Part shown: positions 36,410-49,081 of the stretch, piece after piece
How the letters are laid out: every line of letters begins with the position of its first letter
How positions within the stretch are numbered: position 1 is the first letter of the stretch
From: Azolla caroliniana
Lineage: Eukaryota; Plantae; Polypodiophyta
Reading direction: 5' to 3'
Assembly: GCA_043228905.1 (NCBI GenBank)
Contig: JBHGNT010000010.1
Span: 10,602,001 to 10,666,000 of the forward strand
DNA length: 64,000 bases
The notes under the pieces: model-generated
Told to the model about the DNA's origin: nothing
Database searches by the model: none
The model's input: only the letters and a program-made list of their open reading frames with translations
Translations under genes and position numbers: made by a program

Positions 36410-39400
36410 TGTTAGAAATTGACGCTTTCAAAACCTTCACCTCTCGGCCACAACCGAGGAAACACGAATCAATGCAGCAGTAAATCGAAAACACAGAGAG
36501 AGACTCGAATGCACAGGGTTTAGCGTGGAAAACCCTAGACGGGAAAAACCACGGGAGTGCAAGACTCCAACTATCACTATACGCAGGGAATGTACAATGG
36601 CGAGCTGCAAGGCGACGACCTTGAGCTCGTTGTCCTCGCCACAGGCGGCGGTATTACACAGAGGCGTCGACCTCTTCCTTTCTCTCCCTCTCACTCTCTC
36701 TCTCGGCTGCTCTCACTTCGCTCCCTCTAAGTGGAAAATAGAAAAATGAGCAACAACAAAACTGTTTGCCCTAAGTCATATTTATACACATATGACTTTC
36801 GGGCTATTTACAAATATAGCCTCGAGGGCCCTTGGCAAACATATTCACAAATATGTCCCCGCATCCGGATCTCTCTCCGGGTACATTCGTCATCCAGCTC
36901 CGTAGCCGGGGTCTTCATCATCCGGTTCCGATACCGGGTACTCCTCATTCGGGTCTTCATTCCCGATTCCCAGACATCTGACCATCCCATCCGGAGGGAC
37001 CGTAATCCCAACAAACTCCCCCTTCACTTCGGCATGGGATGTCTTTCCAGTCCGACCCTCTTCCGGCACGCTTCCAGCTTGTCGGGTGTGAGCACTTTGG
37101 TCAGCATATCTGACCCGTTCTCGTCCGTGTGGATCTTCGTCAGCACGAACTCCTGGTCTTCTATCCTTTCCCGGATCCAGTGATATCTTCGCTGGATGTG
37201 CTTCGTCCGGGAGTGATAGGCCGCGTTCTTCGCAAGGTGGATGGCACTCTGACTGTCGCAGTAGAGTCGATACTCCTCCTGCCGGATACCGAGCTCTCTA
37301 ATGAAGTCCTTCATCCATATTATTTCCTTGCCGGCTTCAACAGCCGCCATGTACTCCGCCTCCGTGGTTGACAACGCAACCGTCTTCTGCAGCCTCGACT
37401 GCCACGAAACAGCTCCCCCTGCATACGTCATCACATACCCTGATGTGGACCGGCTGGTATCTGCATCAGCCGACATATCCGAATCGGTAAAGCCATCGAG
37501 TTCGGGCTTACCGGAGCCGAATCGGAGGCACACGTTTGTCGTGCCCTTCAGGTATCGGAGTATCCACTTGGCCGCGTTCCAGTGCTCTTTGCCGGGATTG
37601 CTCATGTACCGGCTCACCACTCCGACTACATATCCTATGTCCGGTCTTGTACACACCATTGCGTACATCAAGCTTCCGACGGCAGAGGCATATGGTACTT
37701 TCATCATGTCCTCCTTCTCAGCCTTTGTCTTGGGGCTTTGCTTGCTGGACAACTTGCAGTTTGCCGGGAGGGTTGACCCGACCGGTCTTGCTTCCGACAT
37801 GTTGAACCGGTGAAGCACCTTTGTCACGTACTTCTCCTGTGACAGCCACAACTGCTTCTTCTTCCGGTCTCGGATGATGTGCATCCCTAGTATTTGCCTC
37901 GCCGGACCCAGGTCCTTCATTGAGAAGGTTCGGTGAAGCGCTTTCTTCAGCATCCGTATCTTGACCTGGTCCCGTCCGACGATCAACATGTCGTCCACGT
38001 ACAGGAGGAGTATTAGAAAGTCTCCTCCTTCAAACTTCTTCACAAACACGCAGTGATCGGACTGCGTTTTGTGGTACCCTTCGTCGGTCATGAAAGAGTC
38101 GAACTTCCGGTACCATTGCCGGGGAGCCTGCTTCAGTCCGTAAAGGCTCTTCTTCAACCGGCATACCAGGTGCTCCTTCCCTTTCTTCTCGAATCCTTCC
38201 GGTTGCTGCATGTAGATCTCTTCTTCGAGGTCACCGTGAAGGAATGCCGTCTTCACGTCCATCTGTTCTACCTCGAGGTCCATGCTTTCCACTATGCTCA
38301 GCACCGTCCGGATGGAGGTCATCTTCATTACTGGGGCAAATATCTCGTCGAAGTCGACGCCCTTCTTCTGTTGGAACCCCTTCACCACGATCCTGGCTTT
38401 GTATCTCGGGGGGTTTCCGGCATCTCCCGGTTTCAGCTTGAACACCCACTTGTTTCGAAGTGCCCGCTTTCCTTTCGGCAACTCCACAAGTTCATATGTG
38501 TGGTTCTCATGCAGGGAATCCATCTCCTCCTGCATGGCACTTAACCACCTGCGGCTATGGGTGTCAAGCTTTGCTTCTTCAAAACTCTCCGGCTCCCCCT
38601 CGTCGGTTAGCAGCACGTGCTCTGGTTCCGGAAATCTCCGGGGGGGCCTTCTCTTTCTTAGAGGATATCTCCGTTCCGGAGCTTCGGTAACCGGCTCCTC
38701 CGTTTCCTCTTCATCCGAATTCATTTCGGGATCGGGGCCGGTTCCGGTATCAGTTTCATCTTCCTCGGCCGGTTCTGTTTCTTCACCGTCTTCGGCCGGA
38801 TCCTCGAGTGCTAACCGGTCCCTTGCCGGTCGGGACTGCTCCTCGTAGAGTTGATCCTCACCGGTCGACTTGGAGCTCTTCATCTTCTTCTCCGACTCCA
38901 AGTCGGCGAATGTCTTGTCCTCCATGAAGATGATATCACGACTCCGGAATATCTTTTTGTCGACCGGGTCCCATACTCGGTAGCCGAACTCGTCATCGCC
39001 GTAACCGAGGAATATGCATGGCCGGGTCTTTGGATCTAGCTTTCCTCTCCGGTCCTTTGCCACATGCACATATGCGAGACACCCGAACACCTTCAGATGC
39101 CGGTAGGATACTTCCCTACCGGTCCACACTCTCTGCGGCGTGTCTCCGTCCAAAGGTACTGAGGGTGATCTGTTTATCACGTATGTCGCCGTCGACATTG
39201 CCTCAGCCCAAAACCCCTTGGGTAATTTCGCATGCGCCAGCATACTCCGGACCCTCTCCATTATGGTCCGGTTCATCCTCTCGGCCAGCCCATTCAGTTT
39301 CGGCGTCTTCGGCACAGTAAACTCGAGCTGGATTCCCTTCGAGCGACAGTACTCCTCGAACTGCCCCCGGTATTCCCCTCCGTTGTCCGCTCGTATCGCT

Positions 39401-41763
39401 TTCAGCTTCTTGCCGGATTCCCTTTCCACTCTCGCGTGGAGTTCTTTGAAGACGCACAACACTTGGTCCTTTGTCTTCAACGGTGCCGTCCACAGCTTCC
39501 GGCTGTGGTCATCAATGAATGTCACGAAGTACTGGGCTCCGCCATGTGACTTCGTTTCTACTTGACACATGTCAGTGTGCACCAACTCCAATGGTGCGCT
39601 ACGTCTCGTCGGTGGCCTTGAGTGGAAGGAGGTTCGGTTCTGCTTACCGGCCAGGCAATCGGTGCACTTCTCCAGGTGCACATGCTTCACTAGAATAAGG
39701 TTGTCTTCTGCAAGCCTCTTCATCCCCTTCTCACTCATGTGGCACAATCTCTTGTGCCACAACTCACCGGCAGTGTCGGCTGCCACGTTCAACTCCTCCG
39801 GACACAACCAGGCATTCATAAGGTACAGTGTGTTGACTTTCCGGGCCCGAGCCACTATCAGGCTCCCCTTGCTGAACTTCATTACGCAGTTCCGGATGCT
39901 ACCTGTGTAGCCTTCATCGTCTAGCCTCCCGGCCGAAATCAGGTTCAATCGAACCTCCGGAACGTGTCGGACATCCTTCAGCAACATTTTGCATCCGGTC
40001 GAGGTTGTCAACCACACGTCTCCTATGCCGGCAATCCGGCACGTACCTTCATTTCCCATCCGAACACAGCCATGCTCACCGGCTGTGTAGGATGAGAAGT
40101 ATCTTCTTTCCGGGGTCAGGTGGAACGACGCTCCGGAATCGACCACCCAGGTAGTCTCATCGCCGGCAATGTTTAGTTCACCTTCTTCGGTGATGAGCAT
40201 GATCTCCTCTTCACTTGCCGCGAGTGCCGTCGTTCCTTTCCGGTCCTGCCCTCGCCGATCCAAACCATTCCGGTCCGTGGCTCCCCAGTAAGCACCGTTC
40301 CGTTCCGAAGACTTCTTCGAATCGGTGTCGTCGGCTCCGTTGTCTTTTCGGTAATGCCGACAATTCTTTCGGAAGTGCCCCGGCTTCCCACAGTGGAAGC
40401 ATGTGGGCCTTCCTCTTGACTGCGACCGGGTCCCCGACTTCTCCCGTCTTTGCGGACTCCGGTTCCGTTGTCTTCCCCGATCCGATTCGGTAAGCAGCAT
40501 CTTCGGATCGGAGTCCGGTTCTTTATCTCTCCGACGCGCTTCTTCGTTCAAAATGCTTGTCTTTACCGTTTGTAGGGACAAGTTATCTTCGGTGCAGGAG
40601 GTGCTGAGAGTCACCACCAAGTTCTCCCGGCTTTTCGGCAATGTACACATCAGCATGATGGCTTGCATTGCATCCTCCAACGGGAACTTGATCGCCGCAA
40701 GCTGGTTCACGAATCCCATGAACGTGCTTACGTGTTCCACCATACTCTCGCCGTCCCGGTACTTGAGGTTCACTATCTTCCTCATCAGGGAGGTCTGGTT
40801 CAACGCATTCTTCCTCTCGTAGAGGCCCGACAGCTTCTGCCACATCTCATATGCGTTTGTGTCGTTCGCCACATGTTGTAGAACGCTCACGTCGACGTAT
40901 TGCCGAATGGTTGCAACGGCTTTCCGGTTCAGAAGCCTCCATTCCGTCTCAAGTACCCCCTTGGGTATTTCCGACCTGTCGATCGGTTCATATAGGTCCC
41001 GAACAATGAGCAGATCCTCCATCTTTATCTTCCAGTCGGCGTAGTTCTGCGCATTCAGCACCATCATCCCCGGCTGCCCGCTGCTGCCGCCTTCCATTTT
41101 CTGCACTGCAGTCGCTCTGATACTAGAATGTTAGAAATTGACGCTTTCAAAACCTTCACCTCTCGGCCACAACCGAGGAAACACGAATCAATGCAGCAGT
41201 AAATCGAAAACACAGAGAGAGACTCGAATGCACAGGGTTTAGCGTGGAAAACCCTAGACGGGAAAAACCACGGGAGTGCAAGACTCCAACTATCACTATA
41301 CGCAGGGAATGTACAATGGCGAGCTTGCAAGGCGACGACCTTGAGCTCGCTGTCCTCGCCACAGGCGGCGGTATTACACAGAGGCGTCGACCTCTTCCTT
41401 TCTCTCCCTCTCACTCTCTCTCTCGGTTGCTCTCACTTCGCTCCCTCTAAGTGGAAAACAGAAAAATGAGCAACAACAACAAAATTGTTTGCCCTAAGTC
41501 ATATTTATACACATATGACTTTCGGGCTATTTACAAATATAGCCTCGAGGGCCCTTGGCAAACATATTCACAAATATGTCCCCGCATCCGGATCTCTCTC
41601 CGGGTACATTCGTCATCCGGCTCCGTAGCCGGGGTCTTCATCATCCGGATCCGAAACCGGGTCTTCATCATCCGGTTCCGATACCGGGTACTCCTCATTC
41701 GGGTCTTCATTCCCGATTCCCGGACATCTGACCATCCCATCCGGAGGGACCGTAATCCCAACA
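36410..41763 (-). mobile_element. Full-length Ty1/Copia E (internal region of the same family as Copia A)
   Basis: LTRs 36410-37013 (604 bp) and 41129-41763 (635 bp); TSD GTTTC; PBS mutated to TAGTATCAGAGC; PPT next to 37014. Confidence 0.97.
37024..41106 (-). CDS. Intact Copia gag-pol polyprotein (1360 aa)
   Basis: Single ORF with gag, CCHC knuckle, DSG protease, HHCC/DDE integrase, YVDD RT and RNase H in Copia order. Confidence 0.97.
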   Translation of the reverse strand: MQKMEGGSSGQPGMMVLNAQNYADWKIKMEDLLIVRDLYEPIDRSEIPKGVLETEWRLLNRKAVATIRQYVDVSVLQHVANDTNAYEMWQKLSGLYERKNALNQTSLMRKIVNLKYRDGESMVEHVSTFMGFVNQLAAIKFPLEDAMQAIMLMCTLPKSRENLVVTLSTSCTEDNLSLQTVKTSILNEEARRRDKEPDSDPKMLLTESDRGRQRNRSPQRREKSGTRSQSRGRPTCFHCGKPGHFRKNCRHYRKDNGADDTDSKKSSERNGAYWGATDRNGLDRRGQDRKGTTALAASEEEIMLITEEGELNIAGDETTWVVDSGASFHLTPERRYFSSYTAGEHGCVRMGNEGTCRIAGIGDVWLTTSTGCKMLLKDVRHVPEVRLNLISAGRLDDEGYTGSIRNCVMKFSKGSLIVARARKVNTLYLMNAWLCPEELNVAADTAGELWHKRLCHMSEKGMKRLAEDNLILVKHVHLEKCTDCLAGKQNRTSFHSRPPTRRSAPLELVHTDMCQVETKSHGGAQYFVTFIDDHSRKLWTAPLKTKDQVLCVFKELHARVERESGKKLKAIRADNGGEYRGQFEEYCRSKGIQLEFTVPKTPKLNGLAERMNRTIMERVRSMLAHAKLPKGFWAEAMSTATYVINRSPSVPLDGDTPQRVWTGREVSYRHLKVFGCLAYVHVAKDRRGKLDPKTRPCIFLGYGDDEFGYRVWDPVDKKIFRSRDIIFMEDKTFADLESEKKMKSSKSTGEDQLYEEQSRPARDRLALEDPAEDGEETEPAEEDETDTGTGPDPEMNSDEEETEEPVTEAPERRYPLRKRRPPRRFPEPEHVLLTDEGEPESFEEAKLDTHSRRWLSAMQEEMDSLHENHTYELVELPKGKRALRNKWVFKLKPGDAGNPPRYKARIVVKGFQQKKGVDFDEIFAPVMKMTSIRTVLSIVESMDLEVEQMDVKTAFLHGDLEEEIYMQQPEGFEKKGKEHLVCRLKKSLYGLKQAPRQWYRKFDSFMTDEGYHKTQSDHCVFVKKFEGGDFLILLLYVDDMLIVGRDQVKIRMLKKALHRTFSMKDLGPARQILGMHIIRDRKKKQLWLSQEKYVTKVLHRFNMSEARPVGSTLPANCKLSSKQSPKTKAEKEDMMKVPYASAVGSLMYAMVCTRPDIGYVVGVVSRYMSNPGKEHWNAAKWILRYLKGTTNVCLRFGSGKPELDGFTDSDMSADADTSRSTSGYVMTYAGGAVSWQSRLQKTVALSTTEAEYMAAVEAGKEIIWMKDFIRELGIRQEEYRLYCDSQSAIHLAKNAAYHSRTKHIQRRYHWIRERIEDQEFVLTKIHTDENGSDMLTKVLTPDKLEACRKRVGLERHPMPK

Positions 41764-43690
41764 GTTTCATCATGAACATTCTGCCACGGTCGGAGTTGTG
41801 TGCATACATTCTGCCACGATCTTCGTAGTCAGAGTTGTGCCCGTAAATTCCGCCACGGTCAGAGTTGTGTGCATACATTCTGCCACGATCCTCGTAGTCG
41901 GAGTTGTGCCCGTACATTCCGCTATACTCTTCATAGTCGGAATTGTGCGCGTAATTGGTGAGTTGTCGGCTAGTGGAAGCCAATTCGTGCTTCTTCTTTC
42001 GGCACTCTTCTTCGTGGTGGCCGACCTTTCCACAATATCTGCATTCGGTTGCGTTTTGACGGCTCGGGCTAGAGTGGAGGCTCCCCCTTCTTGCGAAGGT
42101 TCCTCGTTGGCTTCCGTTTTGCGACTGAAATTGGGATTTGTTGTCGTAGGTCGGACCTCGTCCGCTTGTCCTTGGCCGAATCAGCCTCTCGCTCGTCTGC
42201 GTCCTCTTCCTCCATTCGAGTGCAAGTAGAGCATGTGGCCTTCCGAGTCATTGCTCCTTGTACGCACGTGGTTTTCTTCGACCAATAGCATTGATTGGAG
42301 CTCGAAGAAGGAGGGAGATTTCTCCCTTGCTAGAACGGCGGTTCCCATCGCGCCGAACCGTGGTGCAAGGCTACCGAGGCATATTTGCACCATCTCATCA
42401 TCATCTATACTTACGCTTATCGAGCTGAGTGAGTCGCAAAGCTCCTTGATCTTCAAGGTGTATGTCGTGATGGACATGTCCCTTTGTTGAATGTTGTTCA
42501 ACTCTTGGCGGAGTTGAAGCCTTCTTGCGGTTGTGTTCACCACAAAAATCTTTCGTAGATTTCCCCATGCCTCCTTCAACGTCTTGGCTTCGCGAATGTA
42601 GCCGAGCATGTGATCGTGAACACATGTCGCCAAGCAATACATCACGCGGCTTGCGGCTTGCTCCCATGTCACGTATCTGGGAGCCGCTTCGGCGGGTCAG
42701 TCTTCATGCTCTCCTTTGATGTAGCTCCAATAGCCTTGTCCGACAAGGTATTGGTGCATCTTGTACTCCCAAGATGCGAAGTTGTTTCAATCCAACTTCT
42801 CGGTAGGGAGAGCTCTCCCCATTTGAGTATTCATTATGTCGATTCTTCTTCTTCTTCTTCTTCTCTCTTCGATTGCGAGCTATGTAGCGAAGCTACGATA
42901 GCGATGAGCCGGTTCTTGGTCGTCGGCATAGAGCACAACACACGATCACAATGAGGCGAATGGGCTAGATCGAGCTACCAAATCACTCTGATACCATGTA
43001 AAGAATCGGGTATGATTCTTGTGTAACAGAATAGGTGTGAACTGTGTGTGTGTATGAGAGAGTGAGAGAGAGTGAGAGAGAGTGAGAGAGACAAGGAGTA
43101 AGACACAGAGTATACGCAAGGTAGATTATATTAACAAAGGAGAAAGACTCAACTTAATACAAGGTGGGAGGAGGGTGCTTTATATAGTCACCCTCTCTCT
43201 TCATTAACTACAAGACTCATGGAGCATGGGGAATGTGAAAGCTCATAAGTTATGTGTCATAGAATATGATTCTATGACTCATAATAAATGCTAGAATACA
43301 AAGAGGTGACATAATGGTGACTCTTGACCGTTGGAGTGTTTATTCACTCTCAAGGTGAGTCCACACACTAGACCAAGTTGAGCTTGATTCTCAACACCGG
43401 AGGATGAGGCCAGTGAGCCTGAAACAATTCAGGTAGAAGCGGAAGAAGGCTTCGGCACTCTGGATGAGAGTCCGATCTCATTCCGGTTAAGTGGGCCGAA
43501 TGAGAGACTGAGTCGGAATGACCAGTCAAATGAAGAACCAGCGAGTAATGGAGACTCAACCGTGCTTTCCCCGCGCAAGTAGCCGGTTCACGTGCATAGA
43601 GAAAGAGAAGAAGAAAATGTCAAAACATGACATCCGTACTATCATGATACTCATGATATGCCTCCAAAGGGATTCGAAACCATGACCTTG

Positions 43691-46600
43691 TGTTACATGG
43701 GTTGAACCTTTGCCATTAAACCATGAATTGTAATACAAAAAGAAAAAACTTGACAACACTACAAAAAGAGCCATAAGGCATTATTCTGAACCAATTCAGT
43801 TCAATAGCAGTCTTCAGCCTCCTAGTTGTTCTTGTATCTTTCTTCATATAATATAATATACATCTTGTTGTCATCATTATCTCTCTCTACTCTCTCTCTC
43901 TCTCTCTCCTCTCACGTGGTTCTCACACACTCTTTCCCTTCTTAGTACTAATCCTCATTCTTCTCCTCTATCTTTAGTGGTAATTCTCCTTGCCTTTAGT
44001 ACTATCCCTGATAGTTTGAACCAAATTGTCTTCAGCTTCGTATCCCTCCTTGCCTTCATACTAATCTTCTTATCCTTCTTTCCTCCAATACTATGGCAAT
44101 TGTTAGCGCTCAAGAATACCAGTCTATTTTCTCAGAGTTGTAGTCCTTGAAAGAAATGTTTGTCGCATTGGAACAAGAAAATCAACGGTTGTTCAGGGAT
44201 CTTCAAAACATCTCTTTAGAAAAGCAGCAAGCACAACAACAACATGGGGAGTTAGCGTTACGTGTGCAACAACCTGAAGCAACCATTGTACCATTGCAAC
44301 AACAACGATGAAGTACTCAAGGGATTCATAAAGAGCCCAAGATCGGCCTTCCTATGAAATTTGATGCAACGTGATCATAGTTCAGAGGATTCCTTAATTA
44401 GGTATAATTAGTCATTCAAATGCATCCTTCCCGATATCCCACCGATGCATCATGAGTGGGTCTAGTAGGCAAGTTACTGAGCGGTTCAGCTTTGGCATGG
44501 TTCGCTCCGTTGTTGGAAAAAAGTTCTCCATTACTAAATAATTTTGAAGAGTTTATACGCGAGTTTAAAGCCTGTTTTGGAGACAAGGACGGCAATCAAC
44601 AAAATCCGACGATTACGTCAGGGTGATCGTCCAGCCTCCGCTTACGTTGTAGATTTCCGTCTACTCGCCTCCGATATCCCCTAGGATGATCAAGCATTGA
44701 TGGAACAATTTTGATATGGCCTACAAAATGATATCAAAGACTTACTCCTGATTTTCTCCGAAGAATCAAAATCGTTAACAGAAGCAATCAGTCGAGCGGT
44801 ACGATGCGATAACCGGTTTTTCGAACGACATTCGGAACGCCAGTTACAATTGCCAAGGACCAGGTCAGAGCTCACATACGCCTCGGTCGTAACAAAAGCA
44901 TTTGCAAGGGTGTCAAATACTCCAACACAGATGGAAATCAACACCACACGTCATCGTGGACCATTGTTGGAAGAAGAAAAGCAATGACGTTGAGTAAATC
45001 GATTATGCCTTTACTGTGGAGGACCAGAGCATATCACAATCAATTGTCCACATAGGCCAAGAACATAGGTAAATCAAATAGTAGCTTGTACTAAACCTGA
45101 GTCTATTTCGGTAGGCCAAATCTATCGAACAAATTTGAAGTCCTTAGTCAGTTAGAAGAAGAGTTAAACGACTATGTCCAGCCAAAATAGGAGTCGTTTG
45201 GTTGGACAACCCTAGATCTGTGTAGCCCATTCGTGGTTCCATTCCCTCTAAGCAAGTTAGCAATGCCTTCCTATCTCAAGTAACTATTAGTACTAAAATT
45301 ATCCCTCCAGTACGTGTCTTAGCACTCCTAGAGTCCGGAATTAATTCTTGCTTCATGGATAAGAATTATTCCCAAGCTCATCAGATATCCTTAAGAAAAC
45401 TCCCTTGCCCAGCCTCTGTAGTAGTCATTGATGGCCACCCCATTGCTTCTGAAAATATCATAGAAGAGTCAAAGCCAATTAGTGTTGTCCTAGATAATTT
45501 GGCATGTGTAGTATCATTCAAATTAATTAGTAGTCTAGAACATCCCATTGTTTTAGGGTTACCATGGTTCAAGTTACACAATCCAGACATAGATTGGAGA
45601 ACAAGAGAAATCCGGTATCGACAACCTCGAGAATCTACTCATAAGGTTTCAACCACTTCGCTACATCAACTACGTGAGGAAGGATGCAAGGAATCAATGT
45701 TTGTATTTGAAGTATCAATAATACCTTCCAACACCACTAAAGAGGAATCCATAGTTCAACTTCTAGAGAAGTATCGTCACTATGCCAACGTGTTTGACAA
45801 GGTACAAGCCACTACTCTTCCTCACCATCAACCGTATGATTGTCCCATTGATTTACAACCACCAAAAGAGCCACCATGGGGACTAATCTACAATTTGTCA
45901 CCAACCGAGCTAGAAGTCCTTCGAGCCTACATAGAGGAGAATTTGGTGACGGGTTCATTCGACATTCGAAATCTCCAACCGGCGCACCCATTTTCTTTGT
46001 CATGGAAAAGGATGGATCACTTCATCTCGTCGTAGATTACCATGGCTTGAATAAGGTCACCATCAGGAATATGTATGCACTTCCCCTTATCTCGAGTCTT
46101 TTAGAATGGATAAATGGTACAAAGTTCTTCACCAAAATCGACTTACAAGGTGCATATAACCTCGTACGAATCCGACTGGGAGATGAATGGAAGACCGCTT
46201 TTGCACCCGATACAGGCACTTCGAGTATACGGTTATGCCTTTCAGCCTGATCAATGCGCCAACAGTCTTCTACACATGGCAAATGATATATTCCAAGATC
46301 TTTTGGATATTTGTTTGATCATCTATTTGGATGATCTACTAGTTTATTTGAAGACTCAGGAAGAGCATGATTCTCATGTACTATTAGTACTAAAACGACT
46401 TCGAGAACATGGTCTATATGCAAAACTAGAAAATTGTAGTTTTGAGTGCAACCAGGTGGAATTTCTAGGCTATGTCATCTCTTCGGAAGGCATCTCTATG
46501 GATAAAGCTAAGGTCAAAATTGTGGTAGGCGGTAAACTCCCTGTTCGTTGCGAGATGTGCAATGTTTTTTAGGCTTCGCAAATTTCTACCGCAAGTTTAT

Positions 46601-49081
46601 ACAAGACTACTCAATGCTTATTTTGCCTCTCACACAACTTACCAAGAAGGGGCAATCATTTGTTTGGTCTAAGGAAGTAGACAAGGATTTTGTAAATTGT
46701 AAGAAAGCATTTACATCAGCTCCTATTCTAGCTCATGTTGATCCAAAAAACCCGTTCATCATGGAGGCAGTCGCGTCGAATTTCACCGTTGGTAGCATTC
46801 TATCGCAACAAGGCGATGATGAAAAATTACATCATGTGGCTTTCCACTCGAAAATCAACTACGAGATGCATGACAAGGAACTATTAGCAATAGTGGATGC
46901 TTTTGCACAATGGAGACATTTTTTAGAGGGATCTTCTCATCAAGTCACAAAAACCTTGCCTATTTCTAGAATGCGTATTAAATCGATGACAAGCTCGGTG
47001 GGTCCAATTCCTCACTCGTTTCAAAATTACATTTTGTCCTGGGAAGCAGCAAGGGAATGCAGATGCGTTATCGCGGCTCGTATCTAGCACCTCGTCTCGG
47101 TGACCAGCATTCGATAATCAAATTCAAGTCATGTTGGGACCAACACGACTACAAGCAACACGGTTTTTGACATTCCATTGGATTCCCGCATTATCAAGAC
47201 CATACATGAAGACTTGAAGATAGACGCTTTCGCTCAAGCCATTCTATCGCAAATTAATCCTTCGCGGGCAACCTCTTCACAGTTGCAACAACTAGGTACG
47301 GAGTATTGACAATTCGAATGTCATGATGGATTGCTATTCTTTAAGAAACTCTTGTATATTCACAATGGTTCTGGCCGCCTTCGAGTAGTCTAAAGTTGTC
47401 ATGACACATATACAGCTAGAAATTTTGGTAGTACTAAAACGTTGGATTTAGTACAATGATCATTTTGGTGGCCTCATATGCGACAATTTGTCGAAGACTA
47501 TGTTCAGACATGTGATACATGTTGCAGAGCAAAGATGCCAAGACATCATCAATATGGTTTATAGGAACCATTACCAATTCCAAGCAAGCCATGGCAATTC
47601 CATTTCTCTAGATTATATCACAGATCTTCCAGTTTCAAAGGGATTCAATGCGATCTTAACAATAGTGGATCGATATACTAAGATGGCACATTTCATGCCT
47701 TGTACTAAGGCTATCACTAGTGAAGAAACCGCCAAATTTGTCATGTGTGAGGTATTTCGGCATCACTAGTATCATCGGTGACCGTGGACCTCAATTCGTC
47801 TCAAAAATCTGGAAGCATCTCTTCAAAAAGCTCAAGGTCACTTGTAACCTCTGCTTCGACTATCACCCTCAAACAGACGGCCAAGTGGAACAAACAAATC
47901 AAACGCTGGAACAATATCTTCGATGTTTTCTAAGCTATCAACAAGATGATTGGGCGGATATTCTCCACTTTGCCAAATTTGCTTATAATAACTCTATCCA
48001 CTCATCTACTAGGGTTACACCATTTTATGCTTATATAGGCTATCATCCTCGATGGTATGTGTTCGAAACTCCGGAGTTTCCCAGAAATCCTTGTGCAGAG
48101 GATCATTTGGAGTGGCTACGCAAGATACAAGCAGACCTATCTACCCATTTACGTCAAGCTCAACAAACACAGACGGCTTATGCGGATCGTCATCAGCTTC
48201 CGTCCTGTTTTGACATTGGAAATCGAGTATGGCTATTACAACGACACATCGGGACTACTCGATCATACGATGAATTGGATTATCGATGATTAGGTCCTTT
48301 CCGTATTATCGCAAAAATGAATGATGTCACTTTTCGTCTTGATCTACCTCCACAACTACGGTTACATCTGGTTTTTCATAGTTCTCTTCTCAAACCCTAT
48401 CAAGATAACACTATTCCGAATCATATTACACCACCTCAACCCCCAATCGAGCTTAAAGTAGGACCGGAGTACAAAGCTGCTCCCATCCTCGATTCCAAGA
48501 TTGTTCGGAACAAGCTCTACTATTTGGTCGATTGGCTAGGCTATAGTCCAAGAGAGCGTACTTCGGAGCCAGTCGAGAATGTCGCAAATGCTCAAGCTCT
48601 TATTCAGGACTTCCATCGACAATATCCCAACAAACTGGGTTCTCCATCTAAGACGACTTGTCGCACTTGTCGTCTTAAAGGGGGTGTAGTGTTACATGGG
48701 CTAAACCCTTGTCATTAAACCATGAATTGTAATACAAAAGATATTAGTTTCATTTATTATTTCTATAGGAAATTCATGTATATTCTAGATTACTCTAGAA
48801 CATTCTAGTAACTTCAAGAATAATCGTGACAACACTATAAATAGAGGCATATGGCATTATTCCGAACCAATTTAGTTCAACACTAGTCTTAAGCCTCGGA
48901 GTTGTTCTTGTATCTTTCTTTATATAATATAATATACTTCTTGTTGTCATCATTATCTCTCTCTACTCTCTCTCACCTCTCACGTGGTTCTCACACACTG
49001 TTTCCCTTCTTAGTACTAATCCTCATTCTTCTCCTCTATCTTTAGTACTAATTCTCCTTGCCTCTAGTACTATCCCTGACA
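43691..49081 (+). mobile_element. Degenerate Ty3/Gypsy chromovirus (Tf1/Tcn1-like)
   Basis: LTRs 43691-44013 and 48690-49081; PPT at 48677-48689. Motifs: [37 protein letters not shown], and a C-terminal chromodomain (YYLVDWLGYSPRERTSEP). No TSD found. Confidence 0.9.

Larger units (their letters stand above)
32426..43396 (-). mobile_element. Full-length, degenerate Ty1/Copia D, interrupted by Copia E
   Basis: LTRs 32426-32815 and 42997-43396; TSD CCGGA; iMet PBS abutting the LTR (42986-42996); fragmented gag, IN, RT and RH ORFs. Confidence 0.93.

Noticed and set aside
43635-43730. Functional tRNA genes here, at 24915-24980 and at 5775-5830
   Set aside because: Only A/B-box-like motifs are visible; I could not fold a convincing cloverleaf.
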